64,000 nt of DNA from a virus. Taxonomy: Duplodnaviria; Caudoviricetes. Position 1 is the stretch's first letter, and each line of letters begins with the position of its first letter. Under the pieces are notes generated by a model. That model had not been told where the DNA came from and made no database searches. It was given only the letters and a program-made list of their open reading frames with translations. Of this stretch, positions 12,901 to 21,091 are shown in pieces. A program made the translations under genes and the position numbers. The stretch lies in IMG/VR virus record IMGVR_UViG_3300047375_000738, one strand, 5' to 3'.

Positions 12901-13813
12901 GTAGTATAGCATCGCCAGTCCAGAACCCATCAAGGCCTCCATCACTGTCATCGTATGTTGGATCTTTTAAAGTTTGTGTACCTGTGCCGCCACTTGCAAT
13001 AATTTGATTAGTGTTATCTAATGCATCTTGTGCAGTTGGGTGTAGAGTTACTTGATTTGCAGTATTGCGTCTAACATAATATGTTCCGGCACTTGTTAAG
13101 CCTGTAGCATCTGTAGTAGTTGAATCATACAACCAAGCACTACCTGTTACAGCCTCTGTAAAGCCATGCGATACAATGTTAGCAGCACCGGCACTGAAAC
13201 TTGCAATAGTTTTTGTATAATCACTAGCATCAGTTGGCTCGTCTGCTACACGAGGGCCCATACCAGGTGTATTTTTCTCAAGGTACTTTCTATTAGCTAA
13301 TCCAATACTTGGAATAATATTTTCGTCAGCAACATCTGGTTCATGAACTGTATTCCAATTTGTAAGTAGAGTACCTCTTTCGAGATCTGACATAATTTTA
13401 GGATTAGTAGTGGCACTATACGCAAACGCTGCACCTGCTTTTAAAGGATTTGAAATAGTAGGCTTTGGATCTGTTTCAAGGTTTACGTTAATAACTTTAA
13501 TTTTTAATTGATTGCCTTCAACACTAAAAGCAACAGTGTTGGCTTCATCATTTGGATCAGCATTTCCAGCATCACTTACTAGTTCAAAAAAGTCAACACC
13601 TGTGCCTGCTTGATTTACTAAGAGTACTTTTCCTTCGTTGCCTACAGTACTATTTGGAGTATCGTTAAGTGTGGTAAACGAAATTTGCCCACCTAAACCA
13701 AAAATAGCATATAGTTCGTTGAAGTTTTCGTTTACCTTCTTAAAACTTTCACGGATACTATCACCAGTACCGTCATTGCCCTCTACGCCAATATCAACTT
13801 GTTGTTTTGCCAT
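6959..13813 (-). CDS. Long tail fibre/baseplate protein (2284 aa) with C-terminal autoproteolytic chaperone-like (peptidase G2-like) domain
   Basis: gp9/10-like N-terminus; MTGALTL, AATKYYVD and AATKAYVD fibre motifs; C-terminal ALYADLAENY...GVVTTNPAHLMN...VALQGRVPCKV. Confidence 0.75.
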   Translation of the reverse strand: MAKQQVDIGVEGNDGTGDSIRESFKKVNENFNELYAIFGLGGQISFTTLNDTPNSTVGNEGKVLLVNQAGTGVDFFELVSDAGNADPNDEANTVAFSVEGNQLKIKVINVNLETDPKPTISNPLKAGAAFAYSATTNPKIMSDLERGTLLTNWNTVHEPDVADENIIPSIGLANRKYLEKNTPGMGPRVADEPTDASDYTKTIASFSAGAANIVSHGFTEAVTGSAWLYDSTTTDATGLTSAGTYYVRRNTANQVTLHPTAQDALDNTNQIIASGGTGTQTLKDPTYDDSDGGLDGFWTGDAILPRKSITRREGDTMTGALTLHDHPQPFAGAGTPAGADDLQAATKYYVDAQQYSKSENIYVNINGDDLQTETPAGLAGRSEKYAYRTIAGACLRAERLQEAADIDIGPYVQTLTYTDGTGLNNGTITNYSSNGYTAPAVAATTTASAIDTNRQAIIDQTIAFIATTYPTFVYSEAVCRRDLGLILDSIEKDILASTVSVKHNYLSRYAGLRYFSNASGEVAISQTGGGQYTETVAAISFAKTTALGFIATALGSGFGSDQWYLAASARFDDVLDTIDTSSADPTLVEASNNYKVYVSSGNNKFLTQAGDPTEDEPNIDIFPGKIIRGKKSGAVGIVQEYSRGVDTVGTPVYDTIEVKLLLPFDFIEQEEIEYGAFVKKQQISIRIESGTYEEQLPIRLPANVSIKGDEFRRCLVRPAPGMSLSSAANTFFYRDATIDGNTTATGGEAYVNDLTGDTDGYYGRHYLTNPAADINISNFGATNPGKFNEAADLISLNRQFIIDRTISFIAANTPPSYVQADAERDVGEIVDSIEADLRTGGRVQCGISQKTALANTVVATAAKTEAAFNNIATIITSVLAQTAYAGAGGVTGQVVNANLTAETNANTNATALVSFISFAFDAGYNAAKDNNEMDMFLCNDNTIIRNITAQRQGGFMMVLDPEGAIFTRSPYVQTGSSFSRSINAKTFAGGIFIDGYCYNMPATVIQGGNSDPFRIQIEAPNTSILGQRKPNLPCSFFEFGRRYQVNAIVDYVADNGSGKATATLVLDSAANGGAGLDDDIDSAGGPIDIVLQGAGNKSMLANDFTQVNDLGYGVVVTNNGLSELVSVFTYYAHTGYLSLNGAQIRSLTGNNSYGNYGLVAEGSDPDEVAKTISLAQDLVQPVKIFSVDQEVEITGNSSGIARGQIIRQYDTTTGNTALATVIFNDDNDTNSILSVNRHVTATTRYDYAFNDTDELTTNSVTNDGGLLAATRYVIGTQGTSDFTTVGAANNNPGTAFVATGVDGGGNGTVYQSYGAPVSITNRDFGAVKGVQRAFIYDTTNYPLNASQLEIHHDDSEGTFQPYEVINVSETGITIPVDYTNGAITDDIGSIGLIGSKVWRLEFTSGTGGGVATETTGLQFNVAHATNAVLTSQQNVFVNGVSSDVVTRPSTALIFNEQETVTYRTLAFENTITGGIPVVGAQTRITIDDNFDYVDLVVNNTFAAQAPATYSLSGGTTLGDTQGDTHIAVSTVLSANDQARLNSSDVDMIFAWQGKTHIITNYQVVTDSATSTQFGIISFTDKYNISDTYAGAGLAARASSAAGNNITLQAGLQSAETGNITVNISTCRATSHDFLDIGTGGYNSSNYPDRIFGGPKIAPVTDEESLDSEGFASKAQVQERSRGRCFFASTDQDGFFRVGRFFTVDQGTGRITFNAALVLTNIDGIGFKRGVRVNEFSADSTFTNATADAVPVETAVEGYIDRRLGMDRNGTVISGAEIIPQTTGGFLALSGAVPMAGDLRMGGQQINDLAAPTSGSDAATKAYVDAGDEAYDTLAELEDTDITSPVDAAFLVYDDSANNWIDAPFDTDAANTDISLTLNGTSGFLEGQITAGAIVNADVNASAAIAQSKLSLSDATAAATSGTAVKGIASFNNADFGSASGYVSIKALGVSNAQLAGSITNAKLSNSSITFGDGSSTVATALGNSVTIQGTANEVSVNFADSSPIAGSPTFTVSLPNKIAANVDGDIYDGTSLILDVSTGELTGNADSADQVKTINNTTNATHYLTFVDSANASAANETIKTDAGVAYNPSTNKLTIGGDIAGGGDLTLAASKTVTAPGGYRGAGNGSGTDNGSTIGTSTDRFNTIYAQTFNGTATEALYADLAENYVGDVAYEPGTVLVFGGEAEVTTTNTKSDHRIAGVVTTNPAHLMNSALEGDTVVGVALQGRVPCKVLGKVEKGDMLVTAAKEGYAIVNNTPGVGQVLGKAVGTKGDDGYGIVEVVVGRV

Positions 13814-13825
13814 CTACCTTATCCT

Positions 13826-14188
13826 TTAAAATTGTGGTACTAAATTGTCCATGTCGAAGTTAACGCTTACGCCGCAACCACATGAACTTTGTGCATTTGG
13901 ATTATTAATTTCAAAGTTAGCACCAACTAAACTTTTTACATAATCTACTTCTGTTCCTATTAGAAACATTAAACTGTGCGCTCCTACTACAAACGCACAT
14001 CCGTTTGTTGTTTTTACTACTTCGTCGTCTTTTGCTAGATCTGTTGGACTAGCAACAGTTCCCCATTCGTATTCAAATCCAGCACAGCCACCACCTTTGA
14101 TGTTAAGAGTAATGCCATAGCATTCGTTCTCTTCGCTTAAAAGGTCAATTTGTTTCTCTGCTGCTGGTGTTAAAGTAAGTATGCTCAT
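13826..14188 (-). CDS. iscA: Iron-sulfur cluster assembly accessory protein (HesB/IscA/ErpA family)
   Basis: GGGCAGFEY and NPNAQSSCGCGVS motifs. Confidence 0.92.
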   Translation of the reverse strand: MSILTLTPAAEKQIDLLSEENECYGITLNIKGGGCAGFEYEWGTVASPTDLAKDDEVVKTTNGCAFVVGAHSLMFLIGTEVDYVKSLVGANFEINNPNAQSSCGCGVSVNFDMDNLVPQF

Positions 14189-14244
14189 AGTGTTCCTTTC
14201 TAATATTTATCGTTGTATTTTATAATCTTAATGTAAATATAGTT

Positions 14245-14532
14245 ATGTTTATAAAAGAATATTTGATTGATACCTGGCATATGCGCCGTAGCAAACTTGG
14301 CAATCAACATACGTACAACCGCAAAAAAACTATGGTTGTACTAAGGTGTGATTGCTGTGATAATGAATTTACAAGAGAGCGTGGACAAATGGATCCTAAA
14401 AGACTCAATAATAACTACTTTCATGTTTGTGAAAATTGTGATGCTAAAGTGTTTGCACAACAAAGAGGTGTAGCAGCTAAAAAAGTTTGGCAACTAAAAG
14501 CAAGTAGCGACATTCCTATTAACAAACTTTAG
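14245..14532 (+). CDS. Hypothetical Cys-rich (possible Zn-binding) protein
   Basis: CDCC and HVCENC motifs; GTAAATA motif upstream. Confidence 0.6.
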   Translation: MFIKEYLIDTWHMRRSKLGNQHTYNRKKTMVVLRCDCCDNEFTRERGQMDPKRLNNNYFHVCENCDAKVFAQQRGVAAKKVWQLKASSDIPINKL

Positions 14533-15093
14533 TGTGTTAAAAAATTTATAGTCTGCATCGTAAAGTGTAGATAATTTAGATTCAATAACTTTTTGGTTTT
14601 TGTCAATAAATCCTCTTACTATTTTTTTGTATTTTTTTCTAAGTTTTTCTTGATGTGTAACAAGTATTTCGTCAAAACAGTTATAATCTTTGTTTATATC
14701 TTCAAGTACACTGTTACAAAACCAATAAGGTTTTAGGTCTAAATTAGAATAGTTATAAACTGTTGATTGCAGGCTAGTATGGTAATCCCAAGGCACTGGT
14801 TCTCGATTTAACCATTGTTGTAGATTCAATTGTACACCATGTTCAGACGTTGACAGGTAAGATACACTTTCAGGATAAGCAAAATATTCGACTGTTCCAC
14901 TTATCCATCTATCATAAGGATCTCTAAAAATTACAATTGCTGTAGTATCTTTTGGTAAATCTATAGTATCATAATATACAAAATCTTTAGTAACGCCTTG
15001 TTTAATACTTTCGCTACAATTTTTTGCAATAGTCAATAAAGCTAAATTTTTAGCTTCATTGTAAAATATCAACCATTTCTCCAAATAGTCCAT
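14494..15093 (-). CDS. Sulfotransferase-family (Sulfotransfer_2-like) protein
   Basis: IAKNCSES (5'-PSB-like) and FRDPYDRWISG (3'-PB-like) motifs. Confidence 0.6.
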   Translation of the reverse strand: MDYLEKWLIFYNEAKNLALLTIAKNCSESIKQGVTKDFVYYDTIDLPKDTTAIVIFRDPYDRWISGTVEYFAYPESVSYLSTSEHGVQLNLQQWLNREPVPWDYHTSLQSTVYNYSNLDLKPYWFCNSVLEDINKDYNCFDEILVTHQEKLRKKYKKIVRGFIDKNQKVIESKLSTLYDADYKFFNTLKFVNRNVATCF

Positions 15094-15233
15094 GCACCGT
15101 ATGCAATTGCACCGTATGCAATTAATTTTGTTAGTGGCGAAAAGATAATAATAGCTGCTCCTGCTGCTATCATTAGTGCGCCATCAATTGTTGATCGCTC
15201 TGCTAAACGCTGTTCTATCCATTTTTTGATCAT
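15069..15233 (-). CDS. Small membrane protein (54 aa, MIKKWIEQRLAERSTIDGALMIAAGAAIIIFSPLTKLIAYGAIAYGAWTIWRNG)
   Basis: Hand-translated; hydrophobic; below the ORF-track cutoff. Confidence 0.6.
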   Translation of the reverse strand: MIKKWIEQRLAERSTIDGALMIAAGAAIIIFSPLTKLIAYGAIAYGAWTIWRNG

Positions 15234-15480
15234 TTGTTAATTTCCTTAGTTTTTTGTCTTGTTCGTTAACTAGTGCTTCTAGTCTACGAAGTTTTTCTTC
15301 TAAGCCTTGTACATATGCTTTTGTTGGTACTTGTCTTTCTTGCCCGTCTTCTCCAAGAACACTATAATGGTCGGCGCCGTGTCCTTTTAAACCGCCTAGC
15401 ACTCTGTTAGGATTTTTTTCAACGGCTGCTGTAGCTTGTTTTCTAGCATACATGCTTGTAATATAATTAGTTTTTCTCAT
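15184..15480 (-). CDS. Hypothetical coiled-coil protein
   Basis: ORF track; AATAAATA motif upstream. Confidence 0.55.
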   Translation of the reverse strand: MRKTNYITSMYARKQATAAVEKNPNRVLGGLKGHGADHYSVLGEDGQERQVPTKAYVQGLEEKLRRLEALVNEQDKKLRKLTNDQKMDRTAFSRAINN

Positions 15481-16103
15481 ATTGTATTTATTAACTCCTG
15501 TACTAAGTCTGTTTGGTCTTCAACTTGCTCATACTTACGTCTTTGCTTAAAATATACATCAGTTGTTTTATTTAAATGTAGTACTTTAAGTTTGGGATGT
15601 ATTTTTTCAAGTGCCATTGCAAATTTAAAAATTTTATTAATATCAACATATTCAACATGTTTCGAATTATTTAGAACGTATTTGTGTATCCATTTTGAAT
15701 TCATAGCACAGTGGCCTAGCCATTGTGTATTCCAATCTTGAAGCATTACAGTACGATCTTCGATATGCGCTGTTTCTTTGCAACGTTGATAAAATCTTTT
15801 AACCTCTAATAAATGTTGTTCAAAATTTGCCGGAGGTTTTGGAAATTTATCATCTGCATACAATGTTACCTTCATATGATAACCGCTTAAATACCAATCG
15901 TGAAACGGACGAGTTAATAGGTATATTTTTTTATACTTTGTTAGATCAAGATGTTCAAACACTGCAACGGTTTTAACTTTACATTCATAATTTTTTTCAT
16001 ACTCACTAAGCAACTCCTTGTATGCTGATTCAATACTAGTGCTACCATTTTTACAAGGTGCAAGTACTGCTACCTTTGTTTTCATGTTCTTTAAAATAAT
16101 CAC
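15477..16103 (-). CDS. Sulfotransferase-like protein
   Basis: APCKNGSTSI and TRPFHDWYLSG motifs. Confidence 0.5.
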   Translation of the reverse strand: MIILKNMKTKVAVLAPCKNGSTSIESAYKELLSEYEKNYECKVKTVAVFEHLDLTKYKKIYLLTRPFHDWYLSGYHMKVTLYADDKFPKPPANFEQHLLEVKRFYQRCKETAHIEDRTVMLQDWNTQWLGHCAMNSKWIHKYVLNNSKHVEYVDINKIFKFAMALEKIHPKLKVLHLNKTTDVYFKQRRKYEQVEDQTDLVQELINTI

Positions 16104-16690
16104 AGTGTATATCCAAACTTTTTAGCATAGTCTTCCGAAATCTCATTTAATAGAGATTGTATATTACTATTTATAATTGGGTATGGAATACGAGGACTGG
16201 TGACATTTTTTATAGGAACTGTGTTAAAAACATTTAATGTTTTAAAAAAGTCATCTATGTTTTCAAGTTTAACTGGTATTGCATTTTTGTCACAGTATTT
16301 GTCCGGCATAACACTACAATGCTCGCTCCAAAATAAATTAAACACTGTGATGTTTTGTGTACGTTCAGCAAGTACATCAGTAAGGTGCGCTTCGTAATCT
16401 CTATGATACTTGAAGTGTCGAGGATTACCACCAAAGGATTGCAAAAATCTAAATCCACTCATTAGCCAACTATGTGGATGTCGCACAACTACATAATGAG
16501 TGTAGTCGTCAAAGTTAATCTTTAGTTTGTCGCAGGCTGCTAGAGTCTTTTGTAATCCTGTATAAGGTAGATTGTCAATTGACTTTTTTGTATACACATC
16601 TTGCCATCCTTTAAGTAAGTGTGCAAATGTATACGTTCCGCACTTGCTTGGCACACTTATTAATATTTTGGCATCATGATTTACAAACAT
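16100..16690 (-). CDS. Sulfotransferase-like protein
   Basis: VPSKCGTYT and VRHPHSWLMSG motifs. Confidence 0.5.
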   Translation of the reverse strand: MFVNHDAKILISVPSKCGTYTFAHLLKGWQDVYTKKSIDNLPYTGLQKTLAACDKLKINFDDYTHYVVVRHPHSWLMSGFRFLQSFGGNPRHFKYHRDYEAHLTDVLAERTQNITVFNLFWSEHCSVMPDKYCDKNAIPVKLENIDDFFKTLNVFNTVPIKNVTSPRIPYPIINSNIQSLLNEISEDYAKKFGYTL

Positions 16691-16696
16691 TTAAAC

Positions 16697-17800
16697 TCAT
16701 GCAACAAGTTTACCAGTGAAAGCATCATTGTTCATAAAATGCCGCTGTAACAATTGACCACTAGCAAGATTCTTACATTTTGCTTCTACCATAATATCAG
16801 CCCATTCCCAATGAGACAATGCCCAGTCGTTGACTGCATCGTTCCACAAGTAATCACTGTGTGCTCTTAGTTTTGCTTTTTTGAAGCCTTGTTCTTCAAG
16901 CGCCGCAAAGTCTGGTCTTTGTGTTGTTGAGTAACTGGAAAGAAGATCTTCTCTACTAACACTATAATGCATAGCAGGACGCACACCACGCCAGCTATCA
17001 ATAATGCGTTTGATTCTATCATCATCGGGTTCAATATATTCTCCTCTAGTATTACACCAGTGATGGTGTATGTCAAGAACAAGTGCAACATCATCTGCAA
17101 GTTCTAGGCTTGCTTCGAGACCCCATTTGTTTTCGTCGTTCTCAATAGTAATAGTGTTTCGTGCTTCTGGAGACAGTCTTGGAAGGACTGCTTTGATACC
17201 GGCTGGACCTTGTCTACCGGAGATGTGGACGTTACACTTGAAGTCTTGCCAGTCTTGACCGTAGCCCATCCAGCGTAATAAGTTGACATGGTATTCAAAT
17301 TCTTCTATGCTCCGTTCTACAATTTCGGGGTTGTCGCTCGCAAGTACAGTAAATTGGCCTGGGTGCATCGATAGTCGGACATCGAGGGCTCTTGCCGCTT
17401 CACCGACTTTTGCGTATTCTCTTTCACAGAATGCAATAACGTCAGGGCGCTGCCAATAATAAGACCAATCACGCTGGGTATAACAAGGAAGCTGATTACT
17501 ACCCAGTCGTACCATACGTAACTCTTTAGGAAGACTTCCAACATATTCGACTAACCTCTTTGCTGCCGCTGCGTTGTGTGCCATAATATCCCACAACCGT
17601 TCTTCAGCAACATCCTTTGTTTGTCTATTTAGCCATTGTACTGTTGTACACTTTTCTGTCAGTGGACGTTGTAGTTCTTCTAAGACTTTTTTCTTTTGTG
17701 ATTGGTCTGGATGCATGTATTTGCAAGCAAAACCAATACGCTTTGTATCTTGCTGACTTGCAAGATAATCGCCGCATGTTGTAAATTTAAGATCGTTCAT
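16697..17800 (-). CDS. uvsE: UV damage endonuclease (UvsE/UvdE)
   Basis: IGFACKY, RLSMHPGQF, IENDE, DIHHHW, AHSDY, DIMVEAKCKNLA. Confidence 0.93.
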   Translation of the reverse strand: MNDLKFTTCGDYLASQQDTKRIGFACKYMHPDQSQKKKVLEELQRPLTEKCTTVQWLNRQTKDVAEERLWDIMAHNAAAAKRLVEYVGSLPKELRMVRLGSNQLPCYTQRDWSYYWQRPDVIAFCEREYAKVGEAARALDVRLSMHPGQFTVLASDNPEIVERSIEEFEYHVNLLRWMGYGQDWQDFKCNVHISGRQGPAGIKAVLPRLSPEARNTITIENDENKWGLEASLELADDVALVLDIHHHWCNTRGEYIEPDDDRIKRIIDSWRGVRPAMHYSVSREDLLSSYSTTQRPDFAALEEQGFKKAKLRAHSDYLWNDAVNDWALSHWEWADIMVEAKCKNLASGQLLQRHFMNNDAFTGKLVA

Positions 17801-17922
17801 ATTACCATTTCCTGTACGAGCCGTCTAGCTCGTGTGTGCCTGAGTTTGACCATGCCCACGCTACACAGTTGTACCATGCATAGTGTGGGTGTTGCCTGAG
17901 TTGTTTGTACCATTGTGTAAAC

Positions 17923-17951
17923 AATATAACACGTTTCTTAAAGTTTGTCAA
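17923..17951 (-). promoter_or_regulatory. Sigma70-type early promoter
   Basis: TTGACA-N17-TATATT. Confidence 0.7.
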
Positions 17952-18790
17952 CGCCAATTTTCTATTACCCAAGGATCATTACAATCACTTGGGTTTGGCC
18001 TTCCGTGAAATACTGCAATGCTTTGATCCTTCATTATTGTTGGATACCCAATTGTTTTAAAGTTCCTGACACCGTTTTTTAGTTCTAGATCTCGTCTATC
18101 ACGCATTTCCCACTTATAACTGCGTACCCATTCTTCAGGCCAATATTCCCAAGGTCTGCAATTACGATACATCCAATCCTGGTCTCCTGGCATACGATGT
18201 ACTATACTGTCTTTTTGTGATATAAACTGTGCATACTGCGACTGTCTTGAACCGATGTGCATACGAAAAACACTACTGTTAATCCTATCCCAACGAGCTC
18301 GCATACTACGATTAAAATCTCTAATAACTACAAAGTCTTTTTTAGGCTCATAATCAAAGAATTTATCAAGGTTGTCGCATATAACCACATCAAGATCTAA
18401 AAACAATAGTGTGCCTCTAAACGGCAATTCATTACTAAAGAACCAAGGTTTGTACCACCAGCCTTGTACTCGTGGTATATCTGGCAATGGATGCGTAGTT
18501 ATGTCTTTATCAATACCGTTAGTGTTTTCAGTAAAACAATGGAATTTTATATTTTGCTGAGTATGTCTTTTGCACATATTGTTAAGTTTGTTAACATACT
18601 CAGAACTATACTTATTACCCCACTTGAGACAAACAATATGCTTGTCATTGCTTGGCGGTAGCTCTTGTTTTACAGGTTCAACCGCAGGCGCCTTTTCTAA
18701 CCTTTTACGTGCTTTGCGTTGGTCTTTTGTCTCACCGGGTATATAGGTTTTAACCTTCATAGATTGCGCTGTTTGCTCCGTGTTCTGCAC
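17948..18790 (-). CDS. Glycosyltransferase (GT-A fold, phage type)
   Basis: VCLKWGNKY, LFLDLDVVI (DxD), GDQDW, VFHGRPNP. Confidence 0.75.
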   Translation of the reverse strand: MQNTEQTAQSMKVKTYIPGETKDQRKARKRLEKAPAVEPVKQELPPSNDKHIVCLKWGNKYSSEYVNKLNNMCKRHTQQNIKFHCFTENTNGIDKDITTHPLPDIPRVQGWWYKPWFFSNELPFRGTLLFLDLDVVICDNLDKFFDYEPKKDFVVIRDFNRSMRARWDRINSSVFRMHIGSRQSQYAQFISQKDSIVHRMPGDQDWMYRNCRPWEYWPEEWVRSYKWEMRDRRDLELKNGVRNFKTIGYPTIMKDQSIAVFHGRPNPSDCNDPWVIENWR

Positions 18791-19196
18791 ACTCGCAACT
18801 TACAACCCAACAACGTCCGTTGCTCATTTCGCTTACAAGTTCTTGTGCTTTGTTAAAAGCATGTTCAGCAAACTTTTCTACACCAACACCATCCAAGATG
18901 TTTAGCTCTGCAAGTCCTGCATCTTCTAGCGCACGAAAGTTATCCAATGCCCAGTCTTTGCTGTCTAGTACAACTTTGTGATCAAAGTTATCTTCAAGCC
19001 ATTTCTTTAGTGGTTTCAATCCGCCAAAGTCTACTACCCAGTTACGTTCATCTAATTCGTTGCAACTAAATGTAAATTTAAATTGTAAACTGTATCCATG
19101 TAAGAAACGGCAGTGTGAATGATCTGCGTGTGGTTGTCTAAAGCAGGCGCTTAAACCAATGTTATGTCCATATGTTTTTGTGCTGTAATAAGCCAT
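18750..19196 (-). CDS. queD: 6-carboxytetrahydropterin synthase / 6-pyruvoyl-tetrahydropterin synthase family
   Basis: CRFLHGYS, VVDFGGLK, ECAEHGANSAIY. Confidence 0.88.
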   Translation of the reverse strand: MAYYSTKTYGHNIGLSACFRQPHADHSHCRFLHGYSLQFKFTFSCNELDERNWVVDFGGLKPLKKWLEDNFDHKVVLDSKDWALDNFRALEDAGLAELNILDGVGVEKFAEHAFNKAQELVSEMSNGRCWVVSCECAEHGANSAIYEG

Positions 19197-19252
19197 GTAT
19201 TCTCCTTGTAAGGCGGCAGAGTTAGAAGGGTTGACGCTAAGTCCTTAATAGC

Positions 19253-19281
19253 AGTATACTATAGTTTATTTATTGTGTCAA
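19253..19281 (-). promoter_or_regulatory. Sigma70-type promoter for queD
   Basis: TTGACA-N17-TATACT. Confidence 0.75.
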
Positions 19282-19284
19282 GTA

Positions 19285-19749
19285 TTAACGTGGGTCTACT
19301 TTTAAATAGATGTTATCAAATTCTTGCTTTTTGTGTGTTTTGAATATCAAGTGTACACATTCGAACTCACCTGTCATACTAACACGATACTCGCCGCCTT
19401 CTTTCATATCATCCGGTACGGCCATATGCCAGCCGTTTTCTACACGGTCGCCTGGTGCTGTTGCTTGTATGTAGCGTTTTGTAAAGGTGTTTAGTTTGTG
19501 CGAGTGTGAGCCGTCTGTTGCGTGTGCTACACCATATACGGCTGTGCTGTTGCACTGGAACTTCTTTGACCCTACCATATAGAACTCTATATCTTTGTCT
19601 TTAGTTATTGGATTATTCGTAATGCCGATTTCTGTATCTGTAAATACAAATGCATTGTCAAAACTGACGTACAACACACCAACTACTATAAGTGTTGCCA
19701 AGCTAAATCCGCTCATAATATTTAGAAGTACTATTCTAACTGGGGCCAT
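19285..19749 (-). CDS. Hypothetical protein with N-terminal membrane anchor
   Basis: ORF track; hydrophobic N-terminus, two Cys in the soluble domain. Confidence 0.6.
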   Translation of the reverse strand: MAPVRIVLLNIMSGFSLATLIVVGVLYVSFDNAFVFTDTEIGITNNPITKDKDIEFYMVGSKKFQCNSTAVYGVAHATDGSHSHKLNTFTKRYIQATAPGDRVENGWHMAVPDDMKEGGEYRVSMTGEFECVHLIFKTHKKQEFDNIYLKVDPR

Positions 19750-20044
19750 TTCGTTCCTCTTCCAATGATTTCCTTATATCCTTGAGATCTTGCTTTACCT
19801 CTATAAGATTGGTAGTTGCTGAAGACATTGTCCTGATAATGTATTTAACAGTTATAATGGTCCAAAACCACCATGTGACGGCAGTAAAGGCAAATAAGAT
19901 CATACCAATATTAAACAAGGTATCAAACGATGTAATACCTATTGTGAGAGATATACCCCCCGTAACAAGAAAAATCGTTGGGGCTACTTTTGCGTAGATA
20001 TCCCAACGATGTACTTGTCTTTCAATTTGTGAATTTTTGTCCAA
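19736..20044 (-). CDS. Hypothetical 2-TM membrane protein with C-terminal coiled coil
   Basis: ORF track; TTG start; AATAAATA motif upstream. Confidence 0.6.
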   Translation of the reverse strand: MDKNSQIERQVHRWDIYAKVAPTIFLVTGGISLTIGITSFDTLFNIGMILFAFTAVTWWFWTIITVKYIIRTMSSATTNLIEVKQDLKDIRKSLEEERNGPS

Positions 20045-20131
20045 ACAACTTTTCCTTCGGCCTTTTGATAACGGAGGCTCGTGGCGAACTCCTATACTAT
20101 ATTTATTGTTGGCTAAAGATCTATTAAGTAC

Positions 20132-20500
20132 TCAGTCAATTTCTTTCCAAAATTCACCAAGTCTTATTTTGTAGTCATTTTTATCAATAATTTCTACATT
20201 TGTTACACGATCGTAACGAAAACTACGAAATCCTTTTGCTTCAACTGCCCACACTGCACATACCTTGTCTGATATTTCACGCACTTTCTTTTGTGTGATT
20301 GCATCATCTTTTTTAGCAGGAGGAAGAAACTGTGGAATAAGTGTACAAGGCATTACACGCTCGTCACCATTTAATTTCTTAAATGTAACTATTGCCACTT
20401 CCTTTTGGAGGAGTTCCATTAACTCCTCCCTTGTAGGAATACCTTTGAGTGCTGCTACTGTATCAGCGACTTTCAACGACTTTGTCTGCGAGTCCTGCAT
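20132..20500 (-). CDS. T4-like WYL_2/DUF2693 SH3-fold protein
   Basis: [17 protein letters not shown]...[17 protein letters not shown]; start reassigned to ATG 20500. Confidence 0.7.
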   Translation of the reverse strand: MQDSQTKSLKVADTVAALKGIPTREELMELLQKEVAIVTFKKLNGDERVMPCTLIPQFLPPAKKDDAITQKKVREISDKVCAVWAVEAKGFRSFRYDRVTNVEIIDKNDYKIRLGEFWKEID

Positions 20501-21080
20501 CGACTGCCTCCTCTGCTGATAAGAACGTATCAAACTTCATAGTATCAAACAATTCTTCAAACGTTTTTCCTGCACTATTATGTTTTACATATAACTCAGT
20601 TAGACGTCTATTAAGTCTCTTACCTTCGTCAAATGAACGAATAGCATCTTCCATTTGTAGTTCTTGTACGTGTACACTGCCGCTTGTGCCTCTGGTGCCA
20701 CTTGACACTCTATGAATCATTGTACGGCTTTCAGGTAGTACATAGCGTTTTCCAGCTTCACCTGCTTGTGCTAGGAAACTGCCCATGCTTGCTGCTTGAC
20801 CCATTACCATTGTGTGTACAGGTGCTTTAACAAACTGCATAGTATCATAGATAGCAAGTCCTGCTGTAACACTACCGCCTGGGCTGTTTACATACAACTT
20901 AATAGGCTTTTCAGAGTTTACACTTTCTAAGTATAGCATTTGTGCTACAATTAGATTAGCCATGTTGTCTTCAACAACACCTTGCATCATAATGATACGG
21001 TCTTTCATTAGACGACTGTAGATATCATAACTACGTTCGCCTTTGGATTCTGATTCTACTACAATTGGTACTAGGGGCAT
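20463..21080 (-). CDS. clpP: ATP-dependent Clp protease proteolytic subunit
   Basis: [30 protein letters not shown] (catalytic Ser), MIH, FLSAEEA. Confidence 0.95.
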   Translation of the reverse strand: MPLVPIVVESESKGERSYDIYSRLMKDRIIMMQGVVEDNMANLIVAQMLYLESVNSEKPIKLYVNSPGGSVTAGLAIYDTMQFVKAPVHTMVMGQAASMGSFLAQAGEAGKRYVLPESRTMIHRVSSGTRGTSGSVHVQELQMEDAIRSFDEGKRLNRRLTELYVKHNSAGKTFEELFDTMKFDTFLSAEEAVDAGLADKVVESR

Positions 21081-21091
21081 GTTTTATCCTT

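Noticed and set aside
575-13829. Many plus-strand ORFs (60-146 aa) and short alternate-frame ORFs within the structural genes
   Set aside because: They are antisense or frame shadows of long genes, with no RBS or motifs.
15087-15125. 15-nt direct repeat gcaccgtatgcaatt
   Set aside because: It is simply an IAYGA-IAYGA coding duplication in a small membrane protein.
17797-17960. Small ORF between the glycosyltransferase and uvsE (two candidate frames: MVQTTQATP... or a TTG-start ...FTQWYKQLRQHPHYAW...)
   Set aside because: The frame cannot be decided from sequence alone, so it is left unannotated.
19197-19250. preQ1-I riboswitch upstream of queD
   Set aside because: The A-rich 3' tail and loop consensus are missing; kept only as a low-score unknown leader.
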